DNA of 64,000 bases from an uncultured bacterium (GCA_937124615.1 CAKZKR010000113.1:1292-65291); one strand, 5' to 3'; positions 38,039-49,080 are shown, numbered from the stretch's first letter. Numbers and translations: made by a program. The notes: generated by a model from the sequence alone, not told the origin.

Positions 38039-40558
38039 ATGTGGAATAATCAATACATAATTACGAAAAAAGTCGTTTTTTCTATATTGTTTATGACGAT
38101 AAGCATCCTGTTTTTCCTGGCCATTATTTTTAATCCAAAAATCTACTCAGATGAAGAGCAAATCGTTCCACCTATTAACATTCCTTTTATCTCAATAACA
38201 CAGGATATTTTTTTTCAATTGTATTTAGCCATAGGACCTGCTATACATATAATTTATATTGTATTTTTTTTGTGGACGATTCTTTTGTGGGATGAACTTT
38301 GTCCTTTCTCATTAATTCAAGGATTGATGGGGCTTTTGTTATTGTTAGTAAGTTGTTCTGTGTTTTCCCAGGCCTTTCGGTTATTCTGGGATGGAAATTT
38401 GGACACGGGAAATAGTATTGGATATCGTTTGGTGGAAGAAATCCTGGTTCCTTATTTTGGCGTTACTCCCACTGTAATTGCCTCGTTTCTATTAATCTTT
38501 GCTGGACTGATATTAGCACTGGATTGGCTTTTTATTTCCTTCCTCCGTATGATCGTTGTATTTATATTGTATTTTTCTCGCTCCATAAAGAGATTTCTGG
38601 TATTAATCAAACAAGGTTTTGATTGGATTAATGAGAACATTATTTCATTAGAACAATATACGATTGTTACAGAGCCTTCCTCTGTACAATTACAACTCCC
38701 GTTGAGCAATCCCAAAGATGATTATTCTACCTTTCAGTATAGAGATACTTCATGTCTTCCAGATTTGCCATTAACAGAAGGAACACAAGTGATTCCTGAA
38801 AATTTATCACAATCAACTCCGATTGTTTTGACAACTCCTGATAAAGAAGCCCAAAAAGACCAAATTGAAGGAGAAATAAAATCTCATTTTGGAACCTTTT
38901 CAAAAAAAGAAATTAAGGAAATTCCGAAACTAAATTCAGCACTTACTTATTTACCTGATGGGGAACCTATTCGTTCGGGTCGTCCTTCACAGCACAAATC
39001 AGAAAATATTTCCTTGTCCATGTCTGTTCGTGAATATCCGAATCAATATACAAAACCTCCATTAACTTTATTGGACGAACCTATCCCTTATGAAATACCG
39101 AATTATAATGAACAACTTCAAGAACGGGCTGAAATATTAATAAAAACATTGGAACGATTTGGTGTAAAAGCACGGGTTACAGGTATTACTCATGGACCCA
39201 CAATTACAAGATATGAACTGGAACCGGAACCCGGGATTAAAGTAACACGATTTTTGTCTCACGCAGATGATATTACTCTTGCCCTGAAAGCAGACCGTGT
39301 TCGTGTAGAGGCCCCTATTCCGGGTAAAGGGAAAGTGGGTATTGAGGTTCCCAATCCTGTCCGTGAACAGGTACTTCTGAGAGAATTACTGGAAAGTTTT
39401 GCCTTAATGAAGCATCGAGGAAGGTTGCGATTACCATTAGGAAAAGATATTACAGGTGAAGTAAAAGTCGTCGATTTGACACAAATGCCGCATCTTCTTA
39501 TCGCAGGTGCTACCGGTTCGGGTAAAACGGTTTTTGTAAAGGCTCTCCTTGCGAGTTTGTTATTCCAATACACTCCTGATGAATTGCGATTGGTATTAAT
39601 TGACCCGAAGATGGTCGAGTTTTCTATATTTAATGATATTCCCCATCTGTTAGAACCCGTTGTAACCGATGCCAAGAAAGCAGGCGAGGCTCTTGATATC
39701 CTTGTAAAAGAAATGGAGCGACGGTATACTCTTTTTGCAAATACCAATACACGGAATTTGGAGGTTTATAACCAGAATGTAGAAAATGGACAATTGGAAA
39801 TTTACGAGGAAGGTGATAGGGATTTATTCTCAACACCCATAAAAGTTGTTCGTAAACTACCGCATATCGTTTGCATAATAGATGAATTAGCAGATTTAAT
39901 GATGTTGCAACGAAATGCGGTTGAAAGTGCTATTGCAAGGCTTTCCCAATTAGCCCGTGCAGTTGGAATCCATTTAATTGTGGCGACCCAGAGACCCTCC
40001 GTAGATGTTATTACAGGTGTGATTAAGGCGAATTTCCCTGCTCGTATATCATTCCAGGTTTCTTCAAAAATTGATTCCCGTTGTATTTTGGATACGATAG
40101 GTGCTGAAAAGTTGATTGGGCACGGCGATATGTTATACCATAATGCTGGGTTACCAAAGCCGATGCGTATTCAGGGTGCTTTTGTTAGCGATGAAGAGAT
40201 AGAGTCCTTGGTAGATTATTTGAAATCGCAAGCGCCACCGCAGTATCTTAATTGTATTGGTTTTGATAATCAAAAAAAGAAAGATAATGAAATTTATCTG
40301 GATGGTGATGACCCGTTATTTGATGAAGCGGTTCGCATCGTTCGAGAAACGAAACAAGCGTCTGTGTCATTATTACAGCGACGCTTAAGGATTGGGTATG
40401 CCCGTGCTGGGCATTTGATAGATATGATGGAGCTACGAGGAATTGTGGGACCCCATCGAGGGAGCAAACCACGAGAAATATTGGATATGTCTTCAGAAAA
40501 TGAGGATATAAGCGAAGAACAAATAGATTATAATGATGACATAAATCTTTCCGATTAG
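38039..40558 (+). CDS. ftsK: DNA translocase FtsK
   Basis: N-terminal TM segments; PHLLIAGATGSGKT, IDPKMVE, IIDELADLMM, ATQRPSVDVITG; gamma domain SLLQRRLRIGYARAG. Start uncertain. Confidence 0.96.
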   Translation: MWNNQYIITKKVVFSILFMTISILFFLAIIFNPKIYSDEEQIVPPINIPFISITQDIFFQLYLAIGPAIHIIYIVFFLWTILLWDELCPFSLIQGLMGLLLLLVSCSVFSQAFRLFWDGNLDTGNSIGYRLVEEILVPYFGVTPTVIASFLLIFAGLILALDWLFISFLRMIVVFILYFSRSIKRFLVLIKQGFDWINENIISLEQYTIVTEPSSVQLQLPLSNPKDDYSTFQYRDTSCLPDLPLTEGTQVIPENLSQSTPIVLTTPDKEAQKDQIEGEIKSHFGTFSKKEIKEIPKLNSALTYLPDGEPIRSGRPSQHKSENISLSMSVREYPNQYTKPPLTLLDEPIPYEIPNYNEQLQERAEILIKTLERFGVKARVTGITHGPTITRYELEPEPGIKVTRFLSHADDITLALKADRVRVEAPIPGKGKVGIEVPNPVREQVLLRELLESFALMKHRGRLRLPLGKDITGEVKVVDLTQMPHLLIAGATGSGKTVFVKALLASLLFQYTPDELRLVLIDPKMVEFSIFNDIPHLLEPVVTDAKKAGEALDILVKEMERRYTLFANTNTRNLEVYNQNVENGQLEIYEEGDRDLFSTPIKVVRKLPHIVCIIDELADLMMLQRNAVESAIARLSQLARAVGIHLIVATQRPSVDVITGVIKANFPARISFQVSSKIDSRCILDTIGAEKLIGHGDMLYHNAGLPKPMRIQGAFVSDEEIESLVDYLKSQAPPQYLNCIGFDNQKKKDNEIYLDGDDPLFDEAVRIVRETKQASVSLLQRRLRIGYARAGHLIDMMELRGIVGPHRGSKPREILDMSSENEDISEEQIDYNDDINLSD

Positions 40559-40561
40559 GAA

Positions 40562-41056
40562 ATGAAGATAATAAATATGGATAACAAGCAGAAAAGATTT
40601 GGAGATAAACTGAGAAAACAACGGGAATCCTTAGGATTATCTGTACAGCATGTATTTGAACAAACCCGTGTGCCTATTCAATATATACATGCATTCGAGA
40701 ATGAGGATTTTGAAGTATTAGCGAACAATCCAAATGTCCGCGCTTTTATTTATTCTTATTGTCAATATATTAATATAGACCCACGACCCTATTATGATTT
40801 TTATCTGGAATGGTTGAGACATCAGCGGACTTTGAATGAATCACGGAAAACAACCTCGCTGAATATTTCAAATGGAAATATGGAATTACCGCTGTGGTTA
40901 GAACCATTAATTACATGGGGGATTGTTTGTGCGGTATTGGTTCTATCATGGCTTGCATACTCCTTCTTCACTCGACCTATTCGTGAAGACCCTTCATTAA
41001 AAGTGAATGCGGGTTCTGTAGAGGCTCCGGTTGTCCATTTTGATGAAGATTTTTAA
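40562..41056 (+). CDS. RodZ-like HTH membrane protein (short)
   Basis: FGDKLRKQRESLGLS HTH, one TM helix, conserved position between ftsK and pgsA. Confidence 0.75.
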   Translation: MKIINMDNKQKRFGDKLRKQRESLGLSVQHVFEQTRVPIQYIHAFENEDFEVLANNPNVRAFIYSYCQYINIDPRPYYDFYLEWLRHQRTLNESRKTTSLNISNGNMELPLWLEPLITWGIVCAVLVLSWLAYSFFTRPIREDPSLKVNAGSVEAPVVHFDEDF

Positions 41057-41085
41057 ATTTATAAATAAGTAACATTCCAGTCAAT

Positions 41086-41694
41086 ATGAAGATAAATTTA
41101 CCCAATCAACTTTCAATTGCACGGTGTATCCTATCTATTATTTTCGTTTTCTTTATGTCATTCACACATTGGATTCCGTTTGCAATTGCATATATCATCT
41201 TTATTCTTGCCGCGATTACAGATTATTGGGATGGAAAAATTGCACGACAAACAAAAAGCATAACGAAGTTCGGACAATTAATCGACCCTGTTGCCGATAA
41301 AGTATTGATGGTTGCCGCATTTATTATGATGATGAAATTGGAGGAATTGAAAATACCGGGTTGGTGTGTTGTTATTATTCTTGCTCGCGAATTTCTTGTT
41401 ACAGGTATCCGTACCCTTGCCGCTGTCGATGGGAATATCATTCCTGCAGACCCCTGGGGTAAATTGAAAACGGTTTTACAGATGACCTATGTTATCGTAT
41501 TTTTGTTTTTAGCCACGGCGAGAAGATTTTTTTTAGATGTTCCCTTTCCCTTTATGCCTGAAGATATGACAAAATCATACGACCCTTTGTTGGCCAAAGC
41601 ATCATTAACATTTATGATGTTTATTGCCGTATATACCTTCTATTCCGGATGTGAAATATTATGGAAAAATTGGGAAAAACTGAAACTGGATTAG
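41086..41694 (+). CDS. pgsA: CDP-diacylglycerol--glycerol-3-phosphate 3-phosphatidyltransferase
   Basis: NLPNQLS, TDYWDGKIAR...FGQLIDPVADK, REFLVTGIR, GKLKTVLQ. Confidence 0.95.
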   Translation: MKINLPNQLSIARCILSIIFVFFMSFTHWIPFAIAYIIFILAAITDYWDGKIARQTKSITKFGQLIDPVADKVLMVAAFIMMMKLEELKIPGWCVVIILAREFLVTGIRTLAAVDGNIIPADPWGKLKTVLQMTYVIVFLFLATARRFFLDVPFPFMPEDMTKSYDPLLAKASLTFMMFIAVYTFYSGCEILWKNWEKLKLD

Positions 41695-41735
41695 ATTTAA
41701 CACAATCCTATCTTAATACTGAGAAAGAAGAGGTT

Positions 41736-42872
41736 ATGTCTAAAGTTATAATTGATTTGGATGCGTATCGTCATAATCTTCAAGTTGTCCGAAATCTTGT
41801 AGGTTCTTATATCCGAATCATAGCTGTTGTAAAAGCCAATGCCTACGGACATGGGCTTGTCCCCATTGCAAAATGTGCAGAAAGATGGGGCGTAAACATG
41901 CTGGCTGTTGCCAATATTGAAGAAGGAATTACTTTACGGCAGAACGGTATTAAAATTCCCATTCTTGTGTTGCTACAACCTTATGATGACGAGTTATCAG
42001 CGATAATTGAATACCAGATTACACCGCTACTATCCGAAATCGACATTGCTAAAAGACTTTCCGAAATAGCAACCCGCGCAAAAGTAAATGTTCCCATCCA
42101 TTGTAAAATTGATACCGGTATGGGAAGACAGGGATTTAATGTGGACACTGTGGTTACCGATATGAAAAGTATTATTCATTTCCCCCATATTGACATCGAA
42201 GGGATTGCCACTCATTTTCCCTGTGCGGATGAAAAAAATGATGCATTCACTCTAAATCAGATACGTGTCTTTTCCAGATTATTAAACGATTTTGAGCGAG
42301 AGGGTATCCCTTATGAATTCGCTCATTCAGCAAATTCTCCAGCCATAATTAACTACCCCAAAAGTTATCTTGATGCAGTCCGCCCCGGGTTGATGTCTTA
42401 CGGTATCTGGCCTGTAAAAGAAAAAACAGAAAGAATGGTACTGAAGCCTGTTCTTCGCTGGGAGACAAAGATAACTCAAGTTCGTTCTGTAAGAGCAGGT
42501 TCTACTATTGGGTATGGGAAGACATTTACTGCAAGCCGGGATATGGATATTGCTATATTACCTGTGGGCTATGCAGATGGCTATCGTACCCAATTATCCA
42601 ACAAAGGGGAAGTCCTTATTCATGGTACCCGATGCCCTGTACGCGGAAATGTTTCTATGGACCAGGTCGTTGTAGAAATAAGAACATCACACCCTGTAAA
42701 ACGAGGAGATACTGCTGTTATAATCGGTAAAGACGGAAATGAGGAGATACATGCGGAAGAGGTTGCCGAACGGGCAGGAACGATTGTATATGATATACTT
42801 ACCGGAATTGGACCTCGCGTATTACGCACATACATTAGCAAAGAAGATGAAGAGGGAAGGGAAACCTCATAA
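41736..42872 (+). CDS. alr: Alanine racemase
   Basis: AVVKANAYGHG, KIDTGMGRQG, VRPGLMSYG, GYADGY, SMDQ. Confidence 0.96.
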   Translation: MSKVIIDLDAYRHNLQVVRNLVGSYIRIIAVVKANAYGHGLVPIAKCAERWGVNMLAVANIEEGITLRQNGIKIPILVLLQPYDDELSAIIEYQITPLLSEIDIAKRLSEIATRAKVNVPIHCKIDTGMGRQGFNVDTVVTDMKSIIHFPHIDIEGIATHFPCADEKNDAFTLNQIRVFSRLLNDFEREGIPYEFAHSANSPAIINYPKSYLDAVRPGLMSYGIWPVKEKTERMVLKPVLRWETKITQVRSVRAGSTIGYGKTFTASRDMDIAILPVGYADGYRTQLSNKGEVLIHGTRCPVRGNVSMDQVVVEIRTSHPVKRGDTAVIIGKDGNEEIHAEEVAERAGTIVYDILTGIGPRVLRTYISKEDEEGRETS

Positions 42873-43406
42873 ATGGCGGAACATTATTATATAGACGGTT
42901 ATAATCTACTTCATGTTTTATTAAGAAACAAGAAAATAAAACATACAAATCTCGAACAGCATAGAAACCAGTTAATACATCTATTACAAGAATTTGCTTC
43001 CCTTACAGGGAACAGAATTACAGTGGTGTTTGATGGTAATTCTAATGAAAATAATCATTACCCTATCCCCAAAAAAACTTTATCGACAGGGTTCCAATTT
43101 GAAATATTATTTTCATCACAAGGTTCGGATGCAGACAGTCTTATAGAACATTGCATTTATCGGGAAACGAATAAGGAAAATATTTTTGTTGTTTCGTCTG
43201 ACCTTGCATTAAGACAGGTGTGCGTGGGTATGGGAGTGTTTGTTATGCAACCCGAACGATTTATGAAATATTACCATCAGACCCAACAAGCAACAACGAT
43301 ATATAAACAATCCTTTTTTAAGCCCATTCCCGTAGAAACACCCCTTCGCGAGAAACTTGAAAAATTTTTAAAATCCAACCTCGACACGAATACAAATAAT
43401 TTATAA
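42873..43406 (+). CDS. NYN domain (YacP/Rae1-like) putative RNase
   Basis: YIDGYNL, VVFDG, ADSLIE, VVSSD. Confidence 0.85.
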   Translation: MAEHYYIDGYNLLHVLLRNKKIKHTNLEQHRNQLIHLLQEFASLTGNRITVVFDGNSNENNHYPIPKKTLSTGFQFEILFSSQGSDADSLIEHCIYRETNKENIFVVSSDLALRQVCVGMGVFVMQPERFMKYYHQTQQATTIYKQSFFKPIPVETPLREKLEKFLKSNLDTNTNNL

Positions 43407-43408
43407 TT

Positions 43409-44158
43409 TTACTGTTGACTACCGGGCGTAGGTGTAGTCGTATCCGCAGGGATTTGGAATACTTCGTCGGGGATTGTAATATCAGTCTTGATATTTTTGT
43501 ATTCGCAGGTGAACATGGGAGTCTGGTCTTTGCCAATAATTTCTAATTTGCGGATGATTCCAAAATCAGGATCCATTAATACATTGGCGAAGGAGATGTC
43601 CTTATTTTGTCCTTCTTTGGGTTCAAGTTTTAGGTTTATCATTTTCTTCCCATCCCATTCTGTTTCAGGTCCTACGGTAATGTTCATTTTTTCTTTGACA
43701 ATGTCGAACATTTTCTTCCCACCGATGGGAATAGCCCCTTTTGTAATATCGGGTGATGTTTTGATGGTATCGGTATTGGCTAAAAGTTGATAGGTAACGA
43801 AAAATTCTGTTCCATCAAAAATGATGGTGGCTTTTGCAATGGGATTGTTGAGTAGAGATGAATTTCCTGTTTCTGCTAAAGAAGCAGGAAAAGGAGAAAG
43901 TTTTTGGGTAAATCTCTCTTTGTCGCCTTCACGCTTGACAAATAATTCGCCAATTCCTTTGAGTCTCATTTTGGCATTTTCATTGATGGGAATGTTCGCA
44001 TCGGCTCCAACATCGGCTTTGATATTTTTTTGTTTTTCCCATGCAGAAATTAACTTTGAAGAAACTTCATCCAGGGAACCTTCTGCAAAAGTTAACATGG
44101 TCCATGACAAAAGTAGTATGAAAGTTAGAGATTGGATTTTGAAGAGGTGCTTTTTCAT
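43409..44158 (-). CDS. Exported LolA-like fold protein
   Basis: Signal peptide; C-terminal D...G...K.E......EYKNIKTDITIPDEVF, typical of LolA-like proteins. Confidence 0.6.
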   Translation of the reverse strand: MKKHLFKIQSLTFILLLSWTMLTFAEGSLDEVSSKLISAWEKQKNIKADVGADANIPINENAKMRLKGIGELFVKREGDKERFTQKLSPFPASLAETGNSSLLNNPIAKATIIFDGTEFFVTYQLLANTDTIKTSPDITKGAIPIGGKKMFDIVKEKMNITVGPETEWDGKKMINLKLEPKEGQNKDISFANVLMDPDFGIIRKLEIIGKDQTPMFTCEYKNIKTDITIPDEVFQIPADTTTPTPGSQQ

Positions 44159-44177
44159 TTTAATTCTCCTTGTTGTT

Positions 44178-45125
44178 TTAGTTTTCAAGAGGTGTTATGG
44201 TCACTGTTGTCATATATCCATTGTGGTCACTCAATCTTATAGACTTTCCCGAGGGACCCATTCCTTCCTGAAGTTCTATTGTTTCTAATACTTCAAATTT
44301 ATAAAGTGGACTTTTTCTCGCGTAAATATGGTCAATACTTGATTCTATGTTCATAATTCGAACGAGATTTGAAATGATTACCAAACTATCGTGTGCGTTT
44401 TCACCTCTTCGTGTATTTAAATCACCTACCAGGATGACAGGGAATTCTGTCCAGCAGGAGGTATTAATAAATTCTGCCAGTTCCTTTGCTTGTGCTTCCT
44501 TGACGGTCCTATAACGAGGATTGCCATAACCGGCTTGCAGATGCGTATTGTAGAAGTCCAAAAAACCGATTTCGGGAATTTCAATCCGAGCCAATCCCGA
44601 ACCTTTGCCGGCCCACCAGTCGCCTTCCCAAAAACGATACCAATCCCCTGTAACCCTATATCGATAAAAAAAATATTCACGGATGGGGAAGGCACTCATT
44701 GTGAATTTTCCACTTCCGACCAAACCACTGGGGTAGTATTGATGATATTTCAATCGGCTTTTAGTGGTTAATTCTTTAATGAGGATGTCCCGGTCCTTTT
44801 GGATAAACGATTCTTGAAAACCAACGATATCGGGGTCTAATTCTGCTAATTTTCGGGCTATGGCATACATTCGTTCGGGACGGTTTCTGCCGACGACCCA
44901 GGTATCTTGAATATTATAGGTTACAATTTTTAATGTAACAGGTTTTGCAAGAGGTTTGCGTTCTACGGATTTATAAATGCTTTGAGTGAAATCATAGGGC
45001 ATGGGATTATAATGTGCACTGTAATGTGCAAGTGATAGGAAAGTAACAACAGGGAATAAAATGGGGGCTAAAATAAAGAAACTCCAGCATAATAATTTCC
45101 ACTTTCTTCCTGTTATTTCTACCAT
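44178..45125 (-). CDS. Endonuclease/exonuclease/phosphatase family protein, neutral sphingomyelinase (SMPD2/Isc1)-like
   Basis: TYNI, GFQE, GDWWAGKG, NTHLQA, VGDLN, IDHI, SDHNG; N-terminal TM helix. Confidence 0.8.
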   Translation of the reverse strand: MVEITGRKWKLLCWSFFILAPILFPVVTFLSLAHYSAHYNPMPYDFTQSIYKSVERKPLAKPVTLKIVTYNIQDTWVVGRNRPERMYAIARKLAELDPDIVGFQESFIQKDRDILIKELTTKSRLKYHQYYPSGLVGSGKFTMSAFPIREYFFYRYRVTGDWYRFWEGDWWAGKGSGLARIEIPEIGFLDFYNTHLQAGYGNPRYRTVKEAQAKELAEFINTSCWTEFPVILVGDLNTRRGENAHDSLVIISNLVRIMNIESSIDHIYARKSPLYKFEVLETIELQEGMGPSGKSIRLSDHNGYMTTVTITPLEN

Positions 45126-45136
45126 AACAACTCCTC

Positions 45137-47965
45137 CTACTTGATGGATTGTGCGATTACTTGTATAAAATGTTCTGCTTTACGGTTTGTGGTATATGAA
45201 ATCTGTTGCCTGCAACTGGTTCCGGACGCGACAATCTTTGTATTTTTTCCAAGTGTTTCTATTAATTGCTTTAAATGTTTTCCCACTTCCATTGACAAAG
45301 CATAAGTATCCTTCATTATTCCGTAAGCCCCGGCCATTCCACAACAGGAGGAGGGTAAAACTCGAATTTGTGCCTGTGGAATAAATGAAAGAACTTTCTC
45401 TGTAAGCATACTTCCACGAGTTGCTTTTGTATGGCAGTGAGTATGTATCGCAATTTCCGTATTAGTATTTTCTTTAAAAGGTAGAATCGTAGGATTGTCT
45501 TCCAACAGGGCTAATAAAAACTCTTCTAAAAGCAAAGATTTTTCCGCAACATTTTCGGCTGAATCTATTTTTAATTCCTTATAATCTTCGTAAAACATAG
45601 TAAAACATGAAGGCTCTAAAAAAAGGATAGGTTCTTCTCTCGTTTTTAAGAGATTTAGGTTTCGCTCGCCTTTTTCTCTCGCACTTTCTAGGTTTCCCAC
45701 ACTAAATGCAGGTCGTCCACAACAACTTCGATCTGGAAGTATCTCTACTTGAAATCCTGCGTTGTTTAGCACTTTGACAGCATCTTTCCCAATTTCGGGT
45801 TCATGGTAGCGTGTAAAACAGTCATCCCAAAGAATAACAGTGCCACGCCTTCCATTATTTGTTTTCCAACCGTTATAGGTTTTGTAAAACCAGCGGTGAA
45901 ATGGTTCGTGAGTATATAAGGGCAAGGGTCTCTCTTTAATTATTCCAGAGAATCGCTCTAAAATACTCCGCAACCACTTGTTTTTAAGACTAAAATTTGC
46001 CAGTGATGGTGTCATACTTGCAAGTTTACCAATTGTATCTATATGGCTTAATAAGAATTTTGCTAATTTGGGAAGGTATTTTGTGTCCAAAGCATGTAGT
46101 AATTCTGCTTTTAAGAGGGACATGTTGACATTTGAGGGGCATTCCACCGTGCAGGCACGACATGCAAGACAATATTTTAATGCCTGTATAAGTTCTGTAG
46201 AGTACAATACATCCGGGTTATTGGCGGACTCATCTATTACATGGCGGATAATATTAGCTCTACCTCGTGTCGATAGGAGTTCCTCTCTACTGGCTATAAA
46301 AGTAGGGCACATGGTAGGTGTTTCCTTTCGACAGGCTCCGCATCCATTACACTGTTCTAAATTTGCAATAAATGAGTCATCTTTTGCCGAAAAGGCTAAA
46401 CAGGGTTCAAAAGGAAGAGATAAATTTTTCCATCGTAAATTTGTATCAAAACGGAAGCGTGATAAATCTGTTATTTTCCCGGGATTCATCAAATAATGTG
46501 GGTCGAAAAATTGCTTTATTCGGGTCATGAGATTAAAGAGATTTTCTCCAATTTGTTCCTTAACAAATTCTGAATGAGCCATACCCACACCGTGCTCGCC
46601 TGTGAAAGTCCCACGATATTTCCGAACAAGTGCAAAAACCTCTTCAGCAAGTTTGCGGAATTTTTTGATATCTGTTTGTTTATGCAGGTCCAGCACGGGA
46701 CGAACATGGAGAAGTCCCGCTGACGCATGCCCATAGAAAGAAACCTGCACTCCGTAACGGTTCATAATTTCGGATAATTCCTGGACATACAGATTTAATT
46801 CTGTGGGTCGAACTGCAGTATCTTCAATGCCCGTTGCAGGTTTGGCGGACCCTTTCATCCCTGTAAGCAAGGATAATCCCGCCTTACGAAATTCCCAGAG
46901 CATATTGCGTTGCGATACATCTTTACAATACAGCGAATTACTCCCTAATTTTAGTTTCAATATTTCCTCAATCAGTTCGGCGGACGGGTCAAAAAATTCC
47001 ACGAAAAGTAAAGACTTATATTTAGATTCATCCAATCCCAGTAGACAACGAACAGGCTCAAAATTGCGTTGTCCACGAGTTTGATTAAAGAGGATGTCAT
47101 CAATATGTTCGATGCTGGCAGGCCGGAAATTCATCAAAGGGACAACAGCATTCATAGCGTCTTCAATCGTATCAAACATGAATACAAACAAAACTCGTTG
47201 TCCGGGAATAGGAACAAGATTAAGTTTGGCTCGAGTAATAACTCCCAGTGTCCCTTCACTCCCACCCAGTAGAGGAACAGGACAAGGGAAAAGTTTGCAA
47301 TAGCGGTCTAAGGCATATCCTGGCCAGCGTTTTTTTATATCATTATGAAAAGAGGTTTGTATTTCTTGAATATGTGGTTTTACCAGTTCTGATATAAATT
47401 CAAATGGTTTCCATGTATCAGACATATTTCTATCTAAAATCCGTATTTCCCCTTCAGAAGTAATCATCTCGACAGCGAGGATATGGTCTATTGTAATGCC
47501 ATAATCATGGACAAAGGCGCCGGATGAATTATTCGCAATCATTCCTCCAATTGTTGCCCGAGAACTTGTTGCTACATCCGGTCCGAACATTATCCCGTGC
47601 TTCTTTACCGCTTCATTCAGATTGTCCAATACTGTACCTGCTTCCACCCATACCGAATTTTCTTCTAAATTGGGTTTTGAGATACTACACATATACCGAG
47701 AAAGGTCTATAATCAAACCTTCACCAAGAGCCCCACCGCTTAAACCCGAGCCAGCACCTCTCGGAATTATTGGCACGCCCTCATTCGCACATAGAGTTAC
47801 AATTCGTTGAATTTCATCTGTATTTTTGGGGAATGCTATACCCGCAGGAATAAGTTCGTATATAGAAGCGTCTGTGGTGTAGAGCCAACGAGATAGACGG
47901 TCTGTTCGTATATCCAAAGAAGGGTTCGTTTGGGCCATCCTTTCAAGGCTCTTGTTCCAATCCAT
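45137..47965 (-). CDS. FAD-binding and 4Fe-4S oxidoreductase (YdiJ / Fe-S D-2-hydroxyacid dehydrogenase type)
   Basis: PRGAGSGLSG, ATIGGMIANN, GSEGTLG, GEHGVG, CNGCGAC, CLACRAC...CP, CCG domains. Confidence 0.9.
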   Translation of the reverse strand: MDWNKSLERMAQTNPSLDIRTDRLSRWLYTTDASIYELIPAGIAFPKNTDEIQRIVTLCANEGVPIIPRGAGSGLSGGALGEGLIIDLSRYMCSISKPNLEENSVWVEAGTVLDNLNEAVKKHGIMFGPDVATSSRATIGGMIANNSSGAFVHDYGITIDHILAVEMITSEGEIRILDRNMSDTWKPFEFISELVKPHIQEIQTSFHNDIKKRWPGYALDRYCKLFPCPVPLLGGSEGTLGVITRAKLNLVPIPGQRVLFVFMFDTIEDAMNAVVPLMNFRPASIEHIDDILFNQTRGQRNFEPVRCLLGLDESKYKSLLFVEFFDPSAELIEEILKLKLGSNSLYCKDVSQRNMLWEFRKAGLSLLTGMKGSAKPATGIEDTAVRPTELNLYVQELSEIMNRYGVQVSFYGHASAGLLHVRPVLDLHKQTDIKKFRKLAEEVFALVRKYRGTFTGEHGVGMAHSEFVKEQIGENLFNLMTRIKQFFDPHYLMNPGKITDLSRFRFDTNLRWKNLSLPFEPCLAFSAKDDSFIANLEQCNGCGACRKETPTMCPTFIASREELLSTRGRANIIRHVIDESANNPDVLYSTELIQALKYCLACRACTVECPSNVNMSLLKAELLHALDTKYLPKLAKFLLSHIDTIGKLASMTPSLANFSLKNKWLRSILERFSGIIKERPLPLYTHEPFHRWFYKTYNGWKTNNGRRGTVILWDDCFTRYHEPEIGKDAVKVLNNAGFQVEILPDRSCCGRPAFSVGNLESAREKGERNLNLLKTREEPILFLEPSCFTMFYEDYKELKIDSAENVAEKSLLLEEFLLALLEDNPTILPFKENTNTEIAIHTHCHTKATRGSMLTEKVLSFIPQAQIRVLPSSCCGMAGAYGIMKDTYALSMEVGKHLKQLIETLGKNTKIVASGTSCRQQISYTTNRKAEHFIQVIAQSIK

Positions 47966-48922
47966 TCATAAACCTCCAAAATTATGCAGAAATGAGTCCT
48001 TCCCTTTGATTTCAGGGGGAATTTCAAAGTGAACATTCTCTGAGGCTACACAAACTTCTTCAACGGTGCAAGGCTCAATAGAGCATAAAAATTTTACAAC
48101 ACCCTGAACATGTTCCTCAGGAACAGAGGCCCCGGATGTAATTAAAACCGTTTTTACTCCTTCCAGCCAGGTCGCTTGAATTTCGGTCGCATCCAGAACC
48201 AAATAAGTCTTCTTACCTATTCTCTTCGCTATATCTGCAAGCCGTCGACTATTGGCACTTTCCGCATCTCCAACTACAATCACAATATCCGCTTTTTCCG
48301 CTAAAGAAAGCACCGCCTTCTGCCGATTGGTCGTAGCATAACAAATATTCCCCTTCGAGGGAGACCTCAAAGAAGGAAAACGCTCATATAAAATCTTTAC
48401 AATACTTTCATAATCTTCAATACTTAGCGTTGTTTGCGTAATATAAGCAAGTTGCTCTGTTGGTGGAATTTCAATTGACCGAGCCTCCTCAATATTCTGA
48501 ACCAAAAAAACCTTCCCTTTTGCCCAACCCATTGTGCCTATCGTTTCATCATGTCCCGCATCTCCGATAAGAATAAGAGTGTAATCCTGCTCCGTATATT
48601 TCTTCGCAGAACGATGAACTCTTTCCACCAAAGGGCAAGTTGCATCAATCACTTTCAAATTTCTTTTTTTTGCTTTTTCCCATTGTTCCGGTCCCACACC
48701 ATGAGCACTGAACAATAAAATGGAATTCTGAGGCACATCATCTATATCCCGAACAAACACAGCACCCTGCTCACATAGCGATTTCACCACATGCTTATTG
48801 TGAACAATATGATTTAATACATAGACAGGTTTTCCAAACAATTCAAGTGCTCGTTTAACACACTGAATGGCTCGTTCAACGCCGGCACAAAACCCACGAG
48901 GCTTGGCTAATATTAAATGCAT
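47966..48922 (-). CDS. ispH: 4-hydroxy-3-methylbut-2-enyl diphosphate reductase
   Basis: PRGFCAGV, IVHN, FSAHGV, DATCPLV, TQTTLS, ICYATTNRQ, SGASVPE. Confidence 0.97.
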   Translation of the reverse strand: MHLILAKPRGFCAGVERAIQCVKRALELFGKPVYVLNHIVHNKHVVKSLCEQGAVFVRDIDDVPQNSILLFSAHGVGPEQWEKAKKRNLKVIDATCPLVERVHRSAKKYTEQDYTLILIGDAGHDETIGTMGWAKGKVFLVQNIEEARSIEIPPTEQLAYITQTTLSIEDYESIVKILYERFPSLRSPSKGNICYATTNRQKAVLSLAEKADIVIVVGDAESANSRRLADIAKRIGKKTYLVLDATEIQATWLEGVKTVLITSGASVPEEHVQGVVKFLCSIEPCTVEEVCVASENVHFEIPPEIKGKDSFLHNFGGL

Positions 48923-49080
48923 ACTAAAAACCTTGTTTCGAAGATTTAATTTAAACAATCGCAAGTATTATAAATATTCTCTTCCCATGATTTCTTAATC
49001 AAAGAACTTCTATTTACAAGCATTGTTTCTAAAAAAACTATTTATAATATAGAAAAAGTAATATAAGAAGGAACCCGTAT

